A program made the position numbers and the translations under genes. From Carcharhinus amblyrhynchos (Eukaryota), in assembly GCA_965287045.1 (NCBI GenBank), contig OZ336877.1:68696001-68760000 (forward strand): a stretch of DNA of 64,000 bases, read 5' to 3'. Positions 25,834 through 39,689 of this stretch are shown here, in pieces. Below the pieces are notes generated by a model that worked only from the letters and a program-made list of their open reading frames with translations, was not told the origin of the DNA and searched no databases. How positions within the stretch are numbered: the first letter of the stretch is position 1; each line of letters opens with the position of its first letter.

Positions 25834-27623
25834 GTAAGAGGTGTGAAGCATGTGCTGAGTTAGATTAAACTTTCTTCTTGTGTGTTTGTTTGCAGGAAAA
25901 AAATATTAGCATATATACTTTGAAGATTAATCTTTCACAGATTAACAGATTTTTAAATAAGATTTGGTAGCACATATGTGATTCAAAGTAGACGATTCAA
26001 TTTGGTGAATTTAATTTTCTGTAATCAGTTCTAGCACCAGTAAGTAATAATTCACTGGATCCAAGTAGAATGAAAGCTTTTTGATATGAAACTCTGAATG
26101 TAATATTAATCCAATTACCTTAATCATGCGTTAGAAAGAGCTACTGTGTTCATCCTAAAATGATTGAAACTTTTTTTTGAAATAATTTCTTTTTATGTAC
26201 TTAAGTACCAGCTTTTACAGTTTTTGGCTAGATATTTTCACAATTGGGTATAAGTATTTCCATTTTAAAGTCAGATTTTGCATATGTTGTTGGAGGAAGG
26301 GAAGTCCTATTACAGAATGTTTTTGACTAAGTACTGTATCAGTGCATGACCTATTTTGTACATTTCTGAATAGCCTTCTACAGTTTATCATAGTACAATA
26401 ATAATGTGAATAATGTGACTTAGGTCAAAAAGTAAAAGAAAAAATGTATTTTGAGGAAGACCAGACTGGTTGTCAACAGTAATTCAGTTGGCTGATTGTT
26501 TTCTAGTGAGTGGAGCATCGATAATTATCATTATTATCCAGGAAGTTTGTTCAGTTAACGAACACTGCATTTCCATCTGTTCAGTTCTCTAATATGCTGT
26601 GATTTTCAATGAATTTCAAAATATTATTCCGATTTTTTAAGTGTATGATACTATTTCTGTTAGTGAAAGATGTTACAAATGTTGTCATTTCAAACCTAAT
26701 ACTCTGTTGTGCATTAGCTGTTTCAAAAATATTTCCCTGTTCCTAAAGCGTACATCAAAATAGAAACTAATTTGCACCATTTACATTTTAATGGTAAGGT
26801 AATTTTCAAATTCGGTGTTTCATTACTTGCACCAATATAACTTCCAATTGGCTAAGTCGAAGACAGCACAGTAAAAATCATCTCATACATGAAGCATCTA
26901 TGTTTTTAGACTTCTCCCCCCAAAAAAAACAAATCCTCTTAAATATATTTATCAACTAAATTAACTCTTTTTTATATAGATGACATTTTGTAATCTACTG
27001 TAGCCAGGCAACTAGGATTTTTTTCTGTATTCCCTGTAAGCTGAATTCTAAACTATTACCTCTTGAAGTGTTTGTGTATGGGGCTTTTCGTGCAATCGTT
27101 GACACAATTGCTGATAATGCCGCATGTCCTATTTAAGGATACGACATGTTGGCAACCACTTTTTCTTTCAACATACATATGTACATAAGATAAATATATA
27201 TAGCAACATTTTCTTGCAGTGGTTCAGGAGACTAAATTGGAGAGCCCCCAAAAATGGGCACCAGGATCGAAAAGCACCATTGACCCACACCTGTTGTTTC
27301 TGATGCAGGCAACTTCATGCTGCCTTTAATTTACATGCTAACTGCATGTAACCAGTGCAAAATGCACTGTTCAGCAGCTACATGCTTCAGCAGGTTACTC
27401 AAGTTCATGTAAAGCTAACACAAGTTAAAGCGAGTCGGTTCTGCTTAAAGCCAGACTGCAACTCTTAAAGTGGAGCTGCATTCTGACCGGAGCAACTGCT
27501 GGAACCGTTTGTGGAAGAGTCTGAATAAGAGAAAGAGTTATTCATAGTGTAATGGGTGAGGGAAGATGTTGTGATGTTCTATGATGCATTAAATGTCTTG
27601 GTGGTAGAGAGGGGGAGAAACCT

Positions 27624-27760
27624 AGGTTGGAATTCCCCAGTATCACATTCCCACCACTGCTGCCAGTGAGAATGAAGAATTTGGCACTCTGCCAAATCTC
27701 CATTCGCTGCAGCGGGACCGTAGAATCCCAGTGGCGGGTGAGGTCAGTGAATTCCAGCCA
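27624..27760. mobile_element. Short MITE nested in Myb pseudogene
   Basis: TIRs ggttggaattc / gaattccagcc. Confidence 0.7.
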
Positions 27761-28695
27761 CAGTCTATTCAGATGGGATCAGAAGCCCTCCAGACAAACT
27801 TTAGGAGACTGTGGAGTCAGGCAGCCATGGTAGTCAGTGTCAGAAATCTAGTCATAAGGTTGTGGATGCAATGCTGTAAAATAATAAAATATTCAGTGAC
27901 CTCCCACCAGTGTTCAAAGTCAGTGAGTGTATCTTCAAATGCCATTTACTACCCATTGCCCAACTAGCCACATCCCCTTCACTCACTACCAACAATTTCG
28001 GTCACTCATGACTCGTACCTCACATTCACAACTTCATTCCACCCTCACACGCTTAACACTGTTGCAAGTGTCACAGCTACATCAAACAGCTTGCACACAT
28101 TGCCTGCAATTCAATAATGACAGCTATATTAGCCAGATTGTGCAACACTCATTGAACTTCCTTGTCTCTTGCAGGACAAATCGGTGTTTAACTAGAATCA
28201 ACAGGAGCTAACCAAAGGGGGACAGGCATGGTTGCATATCCTTTGCCTAATGAAGGTGATGGGGATCATCATTACTGAGGCTGTGATCAGCAGCAAAGTT
28301 GTGACCATCAAAGATGATGGTTTCTTCATACCTACTCCTCTTTCTCACATCCCACTTAGCCCTCATTCCTCAATTTCTACTGACTTACAGGATTCCAGAT
28401 GGTGTAAGCATGCACCTTTTGCATTCCTGATCATTCCTTCACCACAGCCCTATTCTTGTGCCTCTTCCCTTTCAGATACTTAAGCGCTGCAATCCAGCTA
28501 TGCAGTGACGGAACAGCAAGTGGTATAAGAACAGGAAGTGGTAGAAAACAGTGACAAAGAAGAAACACCATCACACTCAGCCACCAGCTCAAATACTGAC
28601 GTTGTATGTGTCTTAGAGCTAGATTAAAGGCCAGATCCACACATGGTGTGACATTGCTTGAAGTTAGGGCAGAGTTAAAGATCGTGCAAATGCCA

Positions 28696-29054
28696 TATCA
28701 TAAAATCATAGAATCCCTACAGCGAGGAAAGAGGCCAATCGGTCCATCAAGTCTGCACCAAATCTCTCTGACAGACTCCTTATCCAGGCCCATTCCCCCA
28801 CCCTGTTCCCGTAACACCACATATTTATCCTTCTACTCCCCCTAATCTACACATCCTGGGACACTGGGACAATTTAGCATGGTCAGTCCACCTAACTGAA
28901 CATCTTTGGAGTGTGTGAGGAAACCGGAGCACCCGGAGGAAATCCACGCAGGCACTAGGAGAAAGTGCAAACTCCACACAGATAATCACCGAAAATTGGA
29001 ATTGAAACTTGGTCCTGGGAGCTGTGAGGCATCAGTGTTAACTACTTTGCCACC
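28696..29054 (-). mobile_element. HE1-type V-SINE with CR1-like tail
   Basis: Minus strand ggtggcaaagtagttaacactgatgcctcacag...gtgtggagtttgcac...tcctccgggtgctccggtttcctc; tail gatggaccgattggcctc...tagggattctatgattt. Confidence 0.9.
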
Positions 29055-29926
29055 AAAAGGCAAGGTTATATATGAGTTCTGTTGCAAAAGGCTCAGGTGA
29101 ACACAATTGTGGGATCGCCTACAGAGTACATTTGACGGGTTTACCATGAGCAGGTCAGCCAGGAAGCCTTTGTACAATGTCATGAAATGTGGTGAAGTCA
29201 GGCACCAACTTGGCACAGGGTTTTGTGCAGAGCTTGGAACTCAATCTTTTCAGTATGGAAATTGTTCCTAATGCTATTAGTAGATATTTAGATTCAACCA
29301 TGATGCAGCATTTGATGCTTTTGCACTGGAAGCTGTAATGCAAAGTCAGCTGGCTGCCATTCAGGCTCAAACCTCTGCATTGTAGTTGTGGATATCAGTA
29401 TTCACAGGGGCTTGCAGGGTATCCCAACAGTCTTACAATCAATTTCCCAGCTGATTGCTAGGATTGCTGAAGTACCACCACAGGGGAGCTCTGTGGAATA
29501 CAATCCTCTGTAAGATGACAGCATTGTTGTCCCATCCTTTTCACTCCCTTGGTACCCTTGCTTTCTCATCAGCCAGCCAGTCAACCCAGTCTGCTGCTGG
29601 TGCAGTACAAAGCTTGGCCTTCTGGGGTCAGAGCTACTTGAGATCACCCTCCAATCTCCCCTAGTGAAGTTAAACAACATTTTACCAGCCATGCTGCAAC
29701 CACTGGTGTCACAATGTGTGGGAGGACTATGCCAGGTAAAGGGACATGTACTAAGGAAAAACATAGGGGTGATTAGTTTTTATGCAATATGGCAAGGGTT
29801 GATTTATAAATTTGGTTTTCAGTGTTTATTATGTGGTGATTTGTTCAGTGTTGTGACAAGCAAATTCTGTAATGGTTAGTAACAGAGGGAAGATTATGTT
29901 ATTGAATGGGGGAATTTGAGGTTGTG

Positions 29927-31100
29927 TTAATCAATGTTGCAGTCCATAAAATGATCATGGACAACCTGGCCAGAAAGGGGCTGAATTGGCTGCCTTTCCC
30001 ATTCATCTTCCTCCTCCACCTCTAGCTCCTCAGCTGGTTGCTGCATAGCCAGTGCCAAGGGTTGTCCCTGTATGATGACGAGACTGTGCAGCATGCAGTG
30101 CAGCAAATATTGATACCTGCTCTTCTGAGAACAGGACTCCTTCAGACTGATCCAGGTAGCAGAAGCATTGGGCAGGATTCCCCGGCCGTGCGTGCCCCAA
30201 GACTGAAAATTCCCACCTGAGTTCAATGGACCTTAAATGTCTGCCGGACATTGTCTGTCTTGCCCATTACAAATGTATGTCTCGCCCATTACAATTTCCA
30301 CAGCAGGTGAGTTGGGAGAATTTCGGCCACTGTTTCAGTATACCAATGGCCTTTTTTAGTGTGACAGCATGGTTTTTACTATATATAAAGTTCCCACATG
30401 TGTCTGGGATGTGAACCAGAGTCATAGGCCATGTTGTCTAAAGATAGACCTTATTGTCCAGTAGCCACCTTCTGGTTGCTGAATTGCAGATGGTACAACA
30501 GGTTTCTAAGGAATGAAGCCATCATGACTGCTGTCAGGGTACAAGGCATTGACCTAAATGATGTGCTGAGCATGTCACACACCAGCTGCATGTTGAGGGA
30601 GTGGAATTCCTTTGCATTACAGTCCATCTCAAGGCTGTAATTCTCACAGAGCCACATGCTCACTCTAGCTGGCAAGAGAGAATGAAATATATTCCACTCT
30701 TAGAAAGCAGAACCTCAGTGACCTCTCTTATGGATCGGTGAAAGGTAAACTGGGAGATGTTGCAAATGTTACCTGCTCCAACCTGAAAGGAGTCCAATGT
30801 ATGATAGGTCATCACTACAGTCACCTGCATGTCCAATGACATTGTTATCCTCACCTTGCTCTGAGTTTGCAGTTGTGGCTGCAGCAGATAGTGGTTTCAT
30901 TGAAGAACTCCTCATTAAAGCACAGTTATCTCACAAATTGTTCCATGCTGAGGTTGGAGAATTGCCCTGGAATATCTTGTGTGAATCCATTTCCCCTCAC
31001 CTTGCTCCCTCTTTCAGCAGTCTGTCCTGTTCTGCTTCTTCTCTGCTTATTCTCCCTGACACACTGTAGTCCAAATGGTAACTATACTACTGTACCAATG
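29927..31100 (-). pseudogene. Harbinger DDE transposase (HARBI1-like) pseudogene
   Basis: QVTVVMTYHTLDSFQVGAGNICNISQFTFHRSIREVTEVL; NAKEFHSLNMQLVCD; LHCMLHSLVI..G followed by acidic EELEVEEEDE; multiple stops and frameshifts. Confidence 0.9.
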
Positions 31101-31701
31101 CTTGGGAATAGGTGGTTTATGCAAAATCCTTAAAGTCAGGACAAAATCCTTCATTAAGTGCCCTACCACTCCCTGTAGACTTTAACAACTTTAAAGAACT
31201 TGAGAACGTAACAGTTATTGTTTATTGTTACAGTAAGAACCTGTAGAAATTAATCAACAACTAACTTGAAAATAACTCATCATCCCTTTAAATAGCACTG
31301 CCACAATCCATCCTCTGCTGAACAAGCAATGAGATTGAGGAAGGACACCAGCTGCACAATGACACCATTAATGTGGAGTCATTAACATTACTTAACAGTA
31401 AAACTTCTAAAATTTACTGTTGCAAATGCATTGGCTTGCTAACTTGTACTGACTCATATTGTTTTGCAAAGTTATTGATATACCGATGAAAGTTAAGTCA
31501 TGAAGGGGATTTTGCTAATCTTGATAATCTCAGAAAACAGAGTCAACAAACAGGCATTTGGAAATAGGTGCCTGTACCATCATCAAAATTGTACAATAAG
31601 GAACATCCCATGTAATATTCTGAGAAATTTTGTGCTGTTCATTGTGCTGAAAATAAATAATCATTGGGTGAAGTTTCCTCTGTACTCAATTACTTGATGT
31701 A

Positions 31702-32679
31702 ATGCCCTATTTTACAATTTTGATTCTAAGTGCTGGGCAGTCTTGAAACTGGGAGTGTTTCAGATCCAACTTTTAGACCCATTCTGAGGCGCCCCCATAT
31801 GCACTCTGCCTGAAAAAAAATTAGCGATTCCAATTTGTCCTGTATAGGCCTTTGGTGGGGCTTAACGCGCCCAAAATCCTGCAGCTCCAATTGGTGCCTC
31901 CAACTGAACATGCACAGAAAAATAATGATAAAATGAGGCTCCCCTGCCACATGGCTCCCAGGCCAGATAATGCCTCCCCCTGCCCCCACAGACATTGCCC
32001 CACCCCACAACATTACTGACCACTTATCTCTTCATCTACTGGACACCCAGACTGATTGTGGCCCTCTCTCCCCCCCCCACCGATCTCAGGCAGAGTGCAA
32101 CAGACCCTCCCTTTTCCCTCACTGATCAAAGGTAGAGTGGCAGCGGGCACCCCCTCCTCTCCTTCATTGGTCTCAAGCAGAGTGGCAGCGGACCCCCGCT
32201 TCCCCTCACTGATCATAGGTGGAGTGGCAGCGGAACACCCCTCCCCCCACTACCAACCTCAAGCAGGGAACCATCAGACCCACCTTCCCCTCTTCCCCAC
32301 CAACCTCAAGCAGAGAGTCAATGGACACTCGGCACTTAGCTGTTCACTAGCTGGAGTGCCGTAATCAGATTTTTGTAGAGCAAGTCTGTTTCGTCTCGAA
32401 TCTGGATGGGCAAACGCAGTGGTAAAGGGGGAAGTGTCAGTAAGGTTGGGCATGCAGCCCATTAAGTCAATTTAAATGCATGCAATTTAAATGCATGCAA
32501 ATACATTTAAACAGCCATTGAGCGTGTTTTGGGTGTGCTCACAGTCATGGCCATTTTTGGGCCTTGGTAAAGGGGAAACCAGCACAGAGGCAGATGCGGA
32601 TCATGCGACTCACCTCACACCCAACTTTACCAAGTTTTGCGCCCAAAAACAGGTGCAATGCGATGGTAAAATCAGGCCC
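31702..32679. mobile_element. GC-rich non-autonomous TIR element with internal tandem repeats
   Basis: TIRs gccctattttacaat / atggtaaaatcaggccc; about 5 copies of a ~43-bp unit containing gcagagtggcagcgg at 32080-32330. Confidence 0.75.
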
Positions 32680-35600
32680 ATAGTATACCAAGTTCCTCAC
32701 TGCTAGAAATTTTTAGAAGAGTTTATTTCGGTCTTGCACTTCTTCCATTGTGAAAAATATCAGATGTCCAGAAGATAGTGGAAAGGCTGTTGCCAGAAAT
32801 AGGAGTTTTGTTAAAAGAAACAGACAGATTACAAACTGGAATGGCAGCTATTTGTTGAACTAAGATGTCTTCATTCAAGTAAGTTTTCACAAAGCAAACA
32901 ATTCTCGATTGGCTTCCACTTCTTTGATTTGCCTTTGCCCATTAACCATTTCACTACCTAGCCAGCGGTGGGGTGAAACTTCATTGCCACTGTTGACCTA
33001 CTGTGAAGGCTGATTAGTTAACAACTTATAGCATGTTATGAGGAAGGGTACTGTTGGGCTGCCCTCAACTGAGTTTGAAAGTGTAACATTCAACCAGGCA
33101 GAACAATGTTATGATTTTAAACTCCAATTGGCACAGCAACACAAAGTAACATTGTGGAACTACTTTGGAGATATCAAAAATCTTATTATAAATTAGAACT
33201 GGAGTAACTTGTTTTGTGCAATTTATAACTTCTTTGCCGCCCTCCAACCATACTGTCACATAAGTCATGCTATATAGAATGTAATGTCCAACATGCTACC
33301 ACAGTTGCAGCTCTTTAATCTGAGGAGAGGTGCAAACATTCAAAAGAGAGAGTTTTTTCTGAAGGAAAATCCAGGTGTTGAGGTAGTCATTTTGCTTGTA
33401 TAGAACGTAAAAGCATTTATTTCAAGTGAAACTTTGAGGAGCTGTCCTTGGTACCTGTGTTCAATTTATTGACATTATTGTTTTTTAGCCGGCTCTTTCC
33501 GTCCTATCTGTGCAGTACTACAGTATTATTCATTATTAACATATTCATTACAAGAATGGTTTGTTCTGCCTGTTCCTTGTCCTGCTCCAGTAGTTAGTTG
33601 TAGTTTCTTTATTCCTCTGACATTGTTAGTAAGCTCAGTGAGTGCAATCAAAGATTGCCAACTGTCTAGCACATTAGAAGGTATCTTGTGACTGAAAATG
33701 GAGCCCTTCATGTGGCAGATGGTGATGTGATCTTTTAGAATGTATTTTGTAATATTTGCATTAATGTTTCCACTTAAATTAATTTAAATTCTGAAGGTAA
33801 TGTGAGAGAAGGGTGCATTTGCGACATGATCTTGTCCTACTAAAAATTGCAAATCAGGTAATGCTAAGTATAACAAATGTGAGCTATTCTTATTATGGGC
33901 AGGGAAACTGAACAGTCTGCTAACCTTGATACCCAAGTGCTTTAATTTGTCTTTTACACGTAAAGTTGTGATCAGCAGCACTCTTTTACACAATGTCAGG
34001 TTTATTTTCTATACACATTTTATGTGTCTAAAATTGTCTTAGCGTTGTGTATTGAATCCAAAGGCCAAAGAAGAGAATTATTATAGTAGACGGTATCAAG
34101 TAAGGTAATATTATGCTGATAGGCTCAAGGCAGACAGTTATAATAAAATTTCCACATTGATGCATTATAAGTAAACTTTCTTATTGTAGAATCCTGCCTG
34201 GTAATCCATTCCCTATTTAGCTTTTTGAAAAATTTCAAATATCCATATTTCATACTTAAGGGAATTTGAAAAATAATTTAGTAGGAATCAAAGAATTACA
34301 AAGTGTCCCGGAGATTATTCCTCCTAAAAGATCAGAAGTGGAAATTTTGTAGTTGGATTTAAATGAACATAACGGACGGTTAACAAATATTTGCACTTAC
34401 GTGCATGCTTGTTTGTGTGTGTGTTTGTGTGTGTTTATATTAATAGGGAAAGTACATTTGATAGTTTCAAAGCTGTTTGCAATGCTTGATCAGACAGGTC
34501 ACATATTAATATGTTACAAAAACCCCATCCACAGTGTAACGTCATGTCAGTTTAAATCCAACGCTGTCCCTTAACAGTAAATGAAACTTTGGATGGATAA
34601 TCCTACAAAATGAGTTTCATGGATTGAATTCAACAAGGCTTCAAAATGGATCCATCTGCTGCACAACAGCTGGTGTAGGAATAAATTTAATTCATTAAAT
34701 CATTTTAAGGAAATAGCCTTTCAAAGAATTCATTGCTTAAAATTTTTAATTTTATCCAAATTTGATAAAATTGTAACAATGATATTACAAAACATAATTT
34801 AACAATACAATTATCAGCTTTTTGCTCCCTCATTTTATCCATTTAATAGTTGTCATGATAAATATTCATTCATCTGTGGAATTTCAACACATATTGAACG
34901 TAAAATATGAAAGTTGTTTGTTTCTGACTTGTTACTGGAACTTGTAAAACTTGCACTATTGAAATTATTTTCTCCATTTAAACCAATGATTTTTTTTTCA
35001 TTTTCAGCTGTACCAAACTTGATAATGAAAGTAACTGCTTCTGGCTCATTTTATGGATATCAGAATACATTTTCCACTAGTATGTTTCTTTCTAATGAGT
35101 TGGCTTAAAAAAATAGGGTTTATGAATTAACCTGTTCTGTTTCATTGTTTGCGCAGCTTGGGCTTTTTATCCCTTTTTTTTGCCTTTGAGGTTGTGGCAT
35201 GGTGTCAGCTGTTGGCTGATCGTAAAAGAAAGCCATAGTTGTGTGGAAGAAAGAGAAATGGTGGTTGGTAAACAGAGATAAGGCCTGAATGGAGTCCGGG
35301 CAAGAGGAGATAGTTCTGCAACAGCCCAGATTGTGCACAGTCTGTTAAAATGATTCAAGCAAAGCCTGCCCTTTCACACACCATCATTGACAGAGAAATC
35401 TCCAGTGACCCAACTGAAAAAAAAACCCCACCCAACAACAAGGGTCGATTAGAACAATAGAATATATATATAATACAGATATATATAATGTTAAGATGCG
35501 AACAGCATTTTATTTTACTGGAAGTTCTAGGGTTCTGACATTAGCTGTAGTGGGGTAGGGCTTTTCAGTATCACTTAGAGGATGGCATAATCTTGTTAAA

Positions 35601-36116
35601 TTATATCTTTGCGTCAGATTCCATTTTCATACTTACGTTTGTAGAGAGTAATATGTCAAAAATGTAATCAAATTTGCTTATAGTTTAATGTATTATAAGA
35701 AGGAGGGAAATTTTAATCTTATCATGTGCTGGTAGAATTATTTAAACCTTTTCTTGGTAGTTTTCTCCCATTTTTCTTCAATTGCGCTGTACACAACATT
35801 AGTCTCCCTCAACAAGTGAACAAGAATTCTGTCCGGCACCCAAAGGAGTTCACATTGTTTGCATTTTCTGATTGACCGGCAGAAAATGTGGAGGAGACGG
35901 AAAGTATGTCTTTCTGTTTATTTCACAACAAGAATATACTGATAAAACTGTGACTGGGCCAATCCAATGTTAGGCAGTTGTGGGACTTAATCGAACTCCG
36001 TATTGCGTGAGCTGTCATGCAATCAAATGAGTTTAAAATTGTGTTGAATTTCCCTACCCTACAAGCAGCTGCCAGTGGAAAAAAAAAGAGATGTCATAAA
36101 AGCACATAATGCAAAA

Positions 36117-37535
36117 TTAAATAAAAGTAGAAACTGCTGGAAGAACACAGTGGGTCTGGCAGCTTGTGTAAAGAGAGAAACAGATTCTCCCATCCCGCTG
36201 CACTGCTTTTTAAGCGCAGTGGGGCTGAGAGAATCTAACACCGGCTGATTTGCGCAGGGCATCCAGGCCTCCACTGGTTTCCCAGCACCGGATTTCTGGC
36301 TGCCTAATATATGCAGCAGCTAATTTTAATATAATTTTAATCCTATTAGCAGGCCCAGGACTGAAATCTCTGGGCATGCTAGCCTCTCCCCCCACCCTTG
36401 CCAGGAGTGGTTCACGCTAGTGGGGTCGACTGTAGTTCCCCACTTACAGTGAGCTGCCAGTCTGATCCCATTGGAGTGAAGGAGGGCAATTGAGGCCCCC
36501 CCCTAGAGGGGCAGGCACCAAGGGGGTGTCCCCTGTGGCTGTGCCAGCCTGGCCCTCACTGCTCAGGGGGCATCTTGGCACTGCCCACCAGGCATGGACA
36601 ATGCCAAGTGGGCAGAGCGTGATGGGGCAGAGCCTGATGGGGCGCAGGGCCTCTGAGGGCGATTGGTGGGGGTGGGCTCTCGCTGCCACTCTGCAGACAG
36701 GACTGGTGGGGAGAGAAGGAGTCCAGGAATCAGGGTTGGCCATTCGGGTGGCTGGGGAGGGGGTATGTATGGGGGCAAATAGATATATCTATATCTTATA
36801 TATGAGGGGGAATGTATATATCTATAACTGCATTTCGATTAAGTCCCACAACTGCCTAACATTGGATTGATCCAGTCACAGTTTTATCAGTATATTCTAC
36901 ATAAATCAGTCTGCTTGGGGGGCGGGGGGGGAGGCGCAGGGGGTGCGTGGGGGTGGGGGGGGTGCGGCGGGGGGAGGGTTGGAGGGGTCGCGCCGGTGGG
37001 AGGGGGGCGTGCAGGGGGGAGGGGGTGCGGGGGACGCGCAGGGGGGCATGGGGGATGGTGTCTGTACTACAGGGAGGGGAAGGGGATCGGGGCTGGAGAT
37101 CGAGGTGGACCAAGAAGAGGGCTGGTTGGGGCTGGGCCCGGACCGGTTCGGGGGGGCCAATGATCGGGCTGTGGAGGGGTGGGGGTAGGAGCGGTAGGTC
37201 AGCGATGCGGGATAGCGGGGCTGGCTAGCTATTGGGAGGCCAGCAGACAGGGCCACTGAGCATGAGTTGATTTCAGCACTGACAGATTGGCGCATGCACA
37301 GTGGCTCGCTCAGTGCTATGCTGCTGGCCTCTCCATTGGGAATAGGCCCTACTGACTGGTTTCTGATGTGAACCATGCTCATGCACGCTGCAGCGCACAG
37401 ACTTTGGGAGATTCATTTTGAAACTCCTGCTGAAAAAATCAGCATGATTTACTCCAGTGTTTACGTGAATTCGACACTTAGATTATTTTTGGGAGAATCC
37501 CATTCAACGTTTCAAATCAAATGACTTTCCTTCAA
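36117..37535. mobile_element. Penelope terminal fragment split by a GC-rich TIR element
   Basis: tgctggaagaacacagtgggtctggcagc..gagagaaacaga (36117-36184) resumes as caacgtttcaaatc...gactttccttca (37503-37535). Confidence 0.6.
36180..37502. mobile_element. GC-rich non-autonomous TIR element (Harbinger-like)
   Basis: gattctccc / gggagaatc ends; G-rich core; GATTGGCGCATGC hairpin; homologous to 52530-53957. Confidence 0.75.
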
Positions 37536-39101
37536 AAGAAAATTAAAAATTTTACCTGAAAATTAAACAATGATTTTAACTTTAATCATCTGATGGAAGT
37601 GGAAAAGGTGGGCAGTTAAAATCTTTGTCACATGCTGTGCACTCAATTAGTGATGCACTCCCACCTGCTGCCATTTTAACTACAGGATTTCCAGCAGTGT
37701 CAACAATGTCTGTCACAGAGTAACAGTGGGTTATTAAACATTTGATTTTTTAAGGGCCCAAAGCTGCACTTAGGACACTGATCAGCTTTTCTCTGCAGTG
37801 ACATGTGCGGGCACCCTCTTTTAAGATATGTGGCAAGCAAATTGGAACTGGAAGAGGCCCACAAACAATGTATCTTTAATGGTTCTGTGGATTCCTTGTG
37901 GGTCGGGTGGAGCAGGATTACTCTTCTGGAACCGACAAGGAGACATTGGCCCCAGATTTCTACCCCCACCCCCTCCACTACTTATCTTATACTCAGGACT
38001 CTTCTCTCAGATCCCATCCAATCACTCAAAGTCTTGCTCCCAATTAGCTGGTCAGTTACCATGCAACATACCAAATTAAAATAAGGCACTGGAGTTAAAA
38101 TCTCTCCCAGGCTTGGATGTTACTATTATGGTAGCTTAGTTTTTAATTTTTGCCCTAGACCCCAAATGTCGCACTTAAAATCAGAGCTAACAGTACTTGA
38201 ATTCAGAAATTCATCCTCAGTTGACATTTGAGGTGAAACTTTCAATTGCAGGAGAGGGTGATCAGTGACACAGGAGCATTTTGAAAATTGCCTTCCTGGT
38301 GGAGATCACTGTATCCCATGCCTCTGGATGTGATAAATGAAGGGTGTAGGAATGGGAACGGGATGGGGAACTAGGAACCTGCTCAACTCCAATTAATCAC
38401 CCATTTAGTTCCTTGAGTAATTTGTCAATGGGTTGGGAAGGACTAGAAGATTATTTTCAAATCAAAAAATTCCCAAATTCCATCAGTTCATACTTGTCAG
38501 ATTATATGTGGCCGGGGCAGGGGGGTTTGGGGGGGGGGGAGCTGGTGTGGTGCGAAAAGATTTTTTTTTCCACACCTGGTAAAATTGTGCCCCCAGGGAT
38601 TTTGCTGCAAGACTGACCACAGTACCATGTGGCCAATTGTCTTGGTGCTGAGGTTTCTGACCCTCCAAATTTCTGCCTATTCCTTTATGCAAGGCAGCAA
38701 CAAGCTCCCAACATGACTGGCCTCTGCCTTTGACGTTCCTTTCCAGTAGCATCTCCCATCTCTTCACAGAACTCAAGATCACCAGTTGGACCCCAATCAC
38801 ACCAAGACTAATGCATTGGTATTGGTGGAGGCCACAAAGACACTGACACATTCAATGAGAGTACACAGCTGGAAAGGAAATTAGAATATGTATTCAGCAG
38901 GATTGTTTAATTTGGTTGGATCGGTTAACGAAACAAATAATTGGAAGTTACACTTAGATTGGTACAATAAAGAGGTTTCTAAAATTAAATCTGAATTATG
39001 TCCACGGCCCAATTTATTTTTAACTTCAGCAGTATGGGTAAAAATCATTATTGTTATATGGAAAAATAGGAACATGCCATTAAGAAAAATTACTTCTGCA
39101 G

Positions 39102-39171
39102 GTCATAAGATTCCATTATAAAAAATGCCACTGGAGAATGAAAAGAAACTGTTTTCCAAGTATTCTTCGAA
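39102..39171 (+). other. Candidate 70-nt exon (unassigned)
   Basis: Acceptor ttacttctgcag, donor GAA|GTAAGT; ATG at 39125 gives MPLENEKKLFSKYSS (phase 2). Confidence 0.25.
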
Positions 39172-39689
39172 GTAAGTTCATCATTTATCAGTGCAATTGA
39201 AAATCTCAAAACTGAATTTCTGACTTAGCTTTTGAAGTAGCAAAGATTACTGAATAATTGTTGAAAGCATTTCACTGCTTTATTGATTAAAGGGTTTTAT
39301 GTACTGTCACTTTGATGTGTATATGGCATTGATATTATCAAATGCTGTGCACATTCATAGCCCAGAAAAGCCATGAAATTGAAGTCACCTATTCCAAATG
39401 TATTTATTTTTCACCTCTCTGGATCATCTTAAATAAGATTTTATTACTGAAATGTATTATTTCAGTAATAAACTTTAAAGCTTCTGTTATGCATCATTTT
39501 AGTTTATTAGACAATCCATTTCGTTAAATAAATTGATCCATGTGTTTTTTACTTATTTGTGTCAGTTAGAGTGGATATCTAAAAAAATTCCATAGTTTAG
39601 ATGGTTTACAGTAAATATTCATCTCTAAGCGGACCAAGTGCGACCCAAAGGCCACTGGGTACTGTATTTACACAGAAAATGCATCAGCC

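Larger units (their letters stand above)
27540..29760 (+). pseudogene. Harbinger Myb/SANT-like DNA-binding protein pseudogene
   Basis: QKPSRQT/FRRLWSQAAMVVSVRNLVIRLWMQCCK...FSDL resembles WxxVAxxVSA...RTWMQCRKKFNDL; intron-like spacer with acceptor tgtctcttgcag at about 28174. Confidence 0.7.
27227..31400. mobile_element. Decayed two-gene PIF/Harbinger transposon
   Basis: Convergent Myb/SANT (+) and DDE transposase (-) remnants; right boundary uncertain. Confidence 0.8.

Noticed and set aside
29927-31100. Domesticated HARBI1 gene
   Set aside because: Multiple stops and frameshifts, and flanked by a Myb partner relic, so a dead transposon
32080-32330. Repeat-spacer-like array (CRISPR-like)
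   Set aside because: Degenerate tandem units inside a eukaryotic MITE; spacers are mutually similar and there are no cas genes
36856-37382. G/P-rich overlapping ORFs and apparent CpG island
   Set aside because: GC-rich interior of a repeated MITE; the same applies at 16760-17142 and 52466-53238
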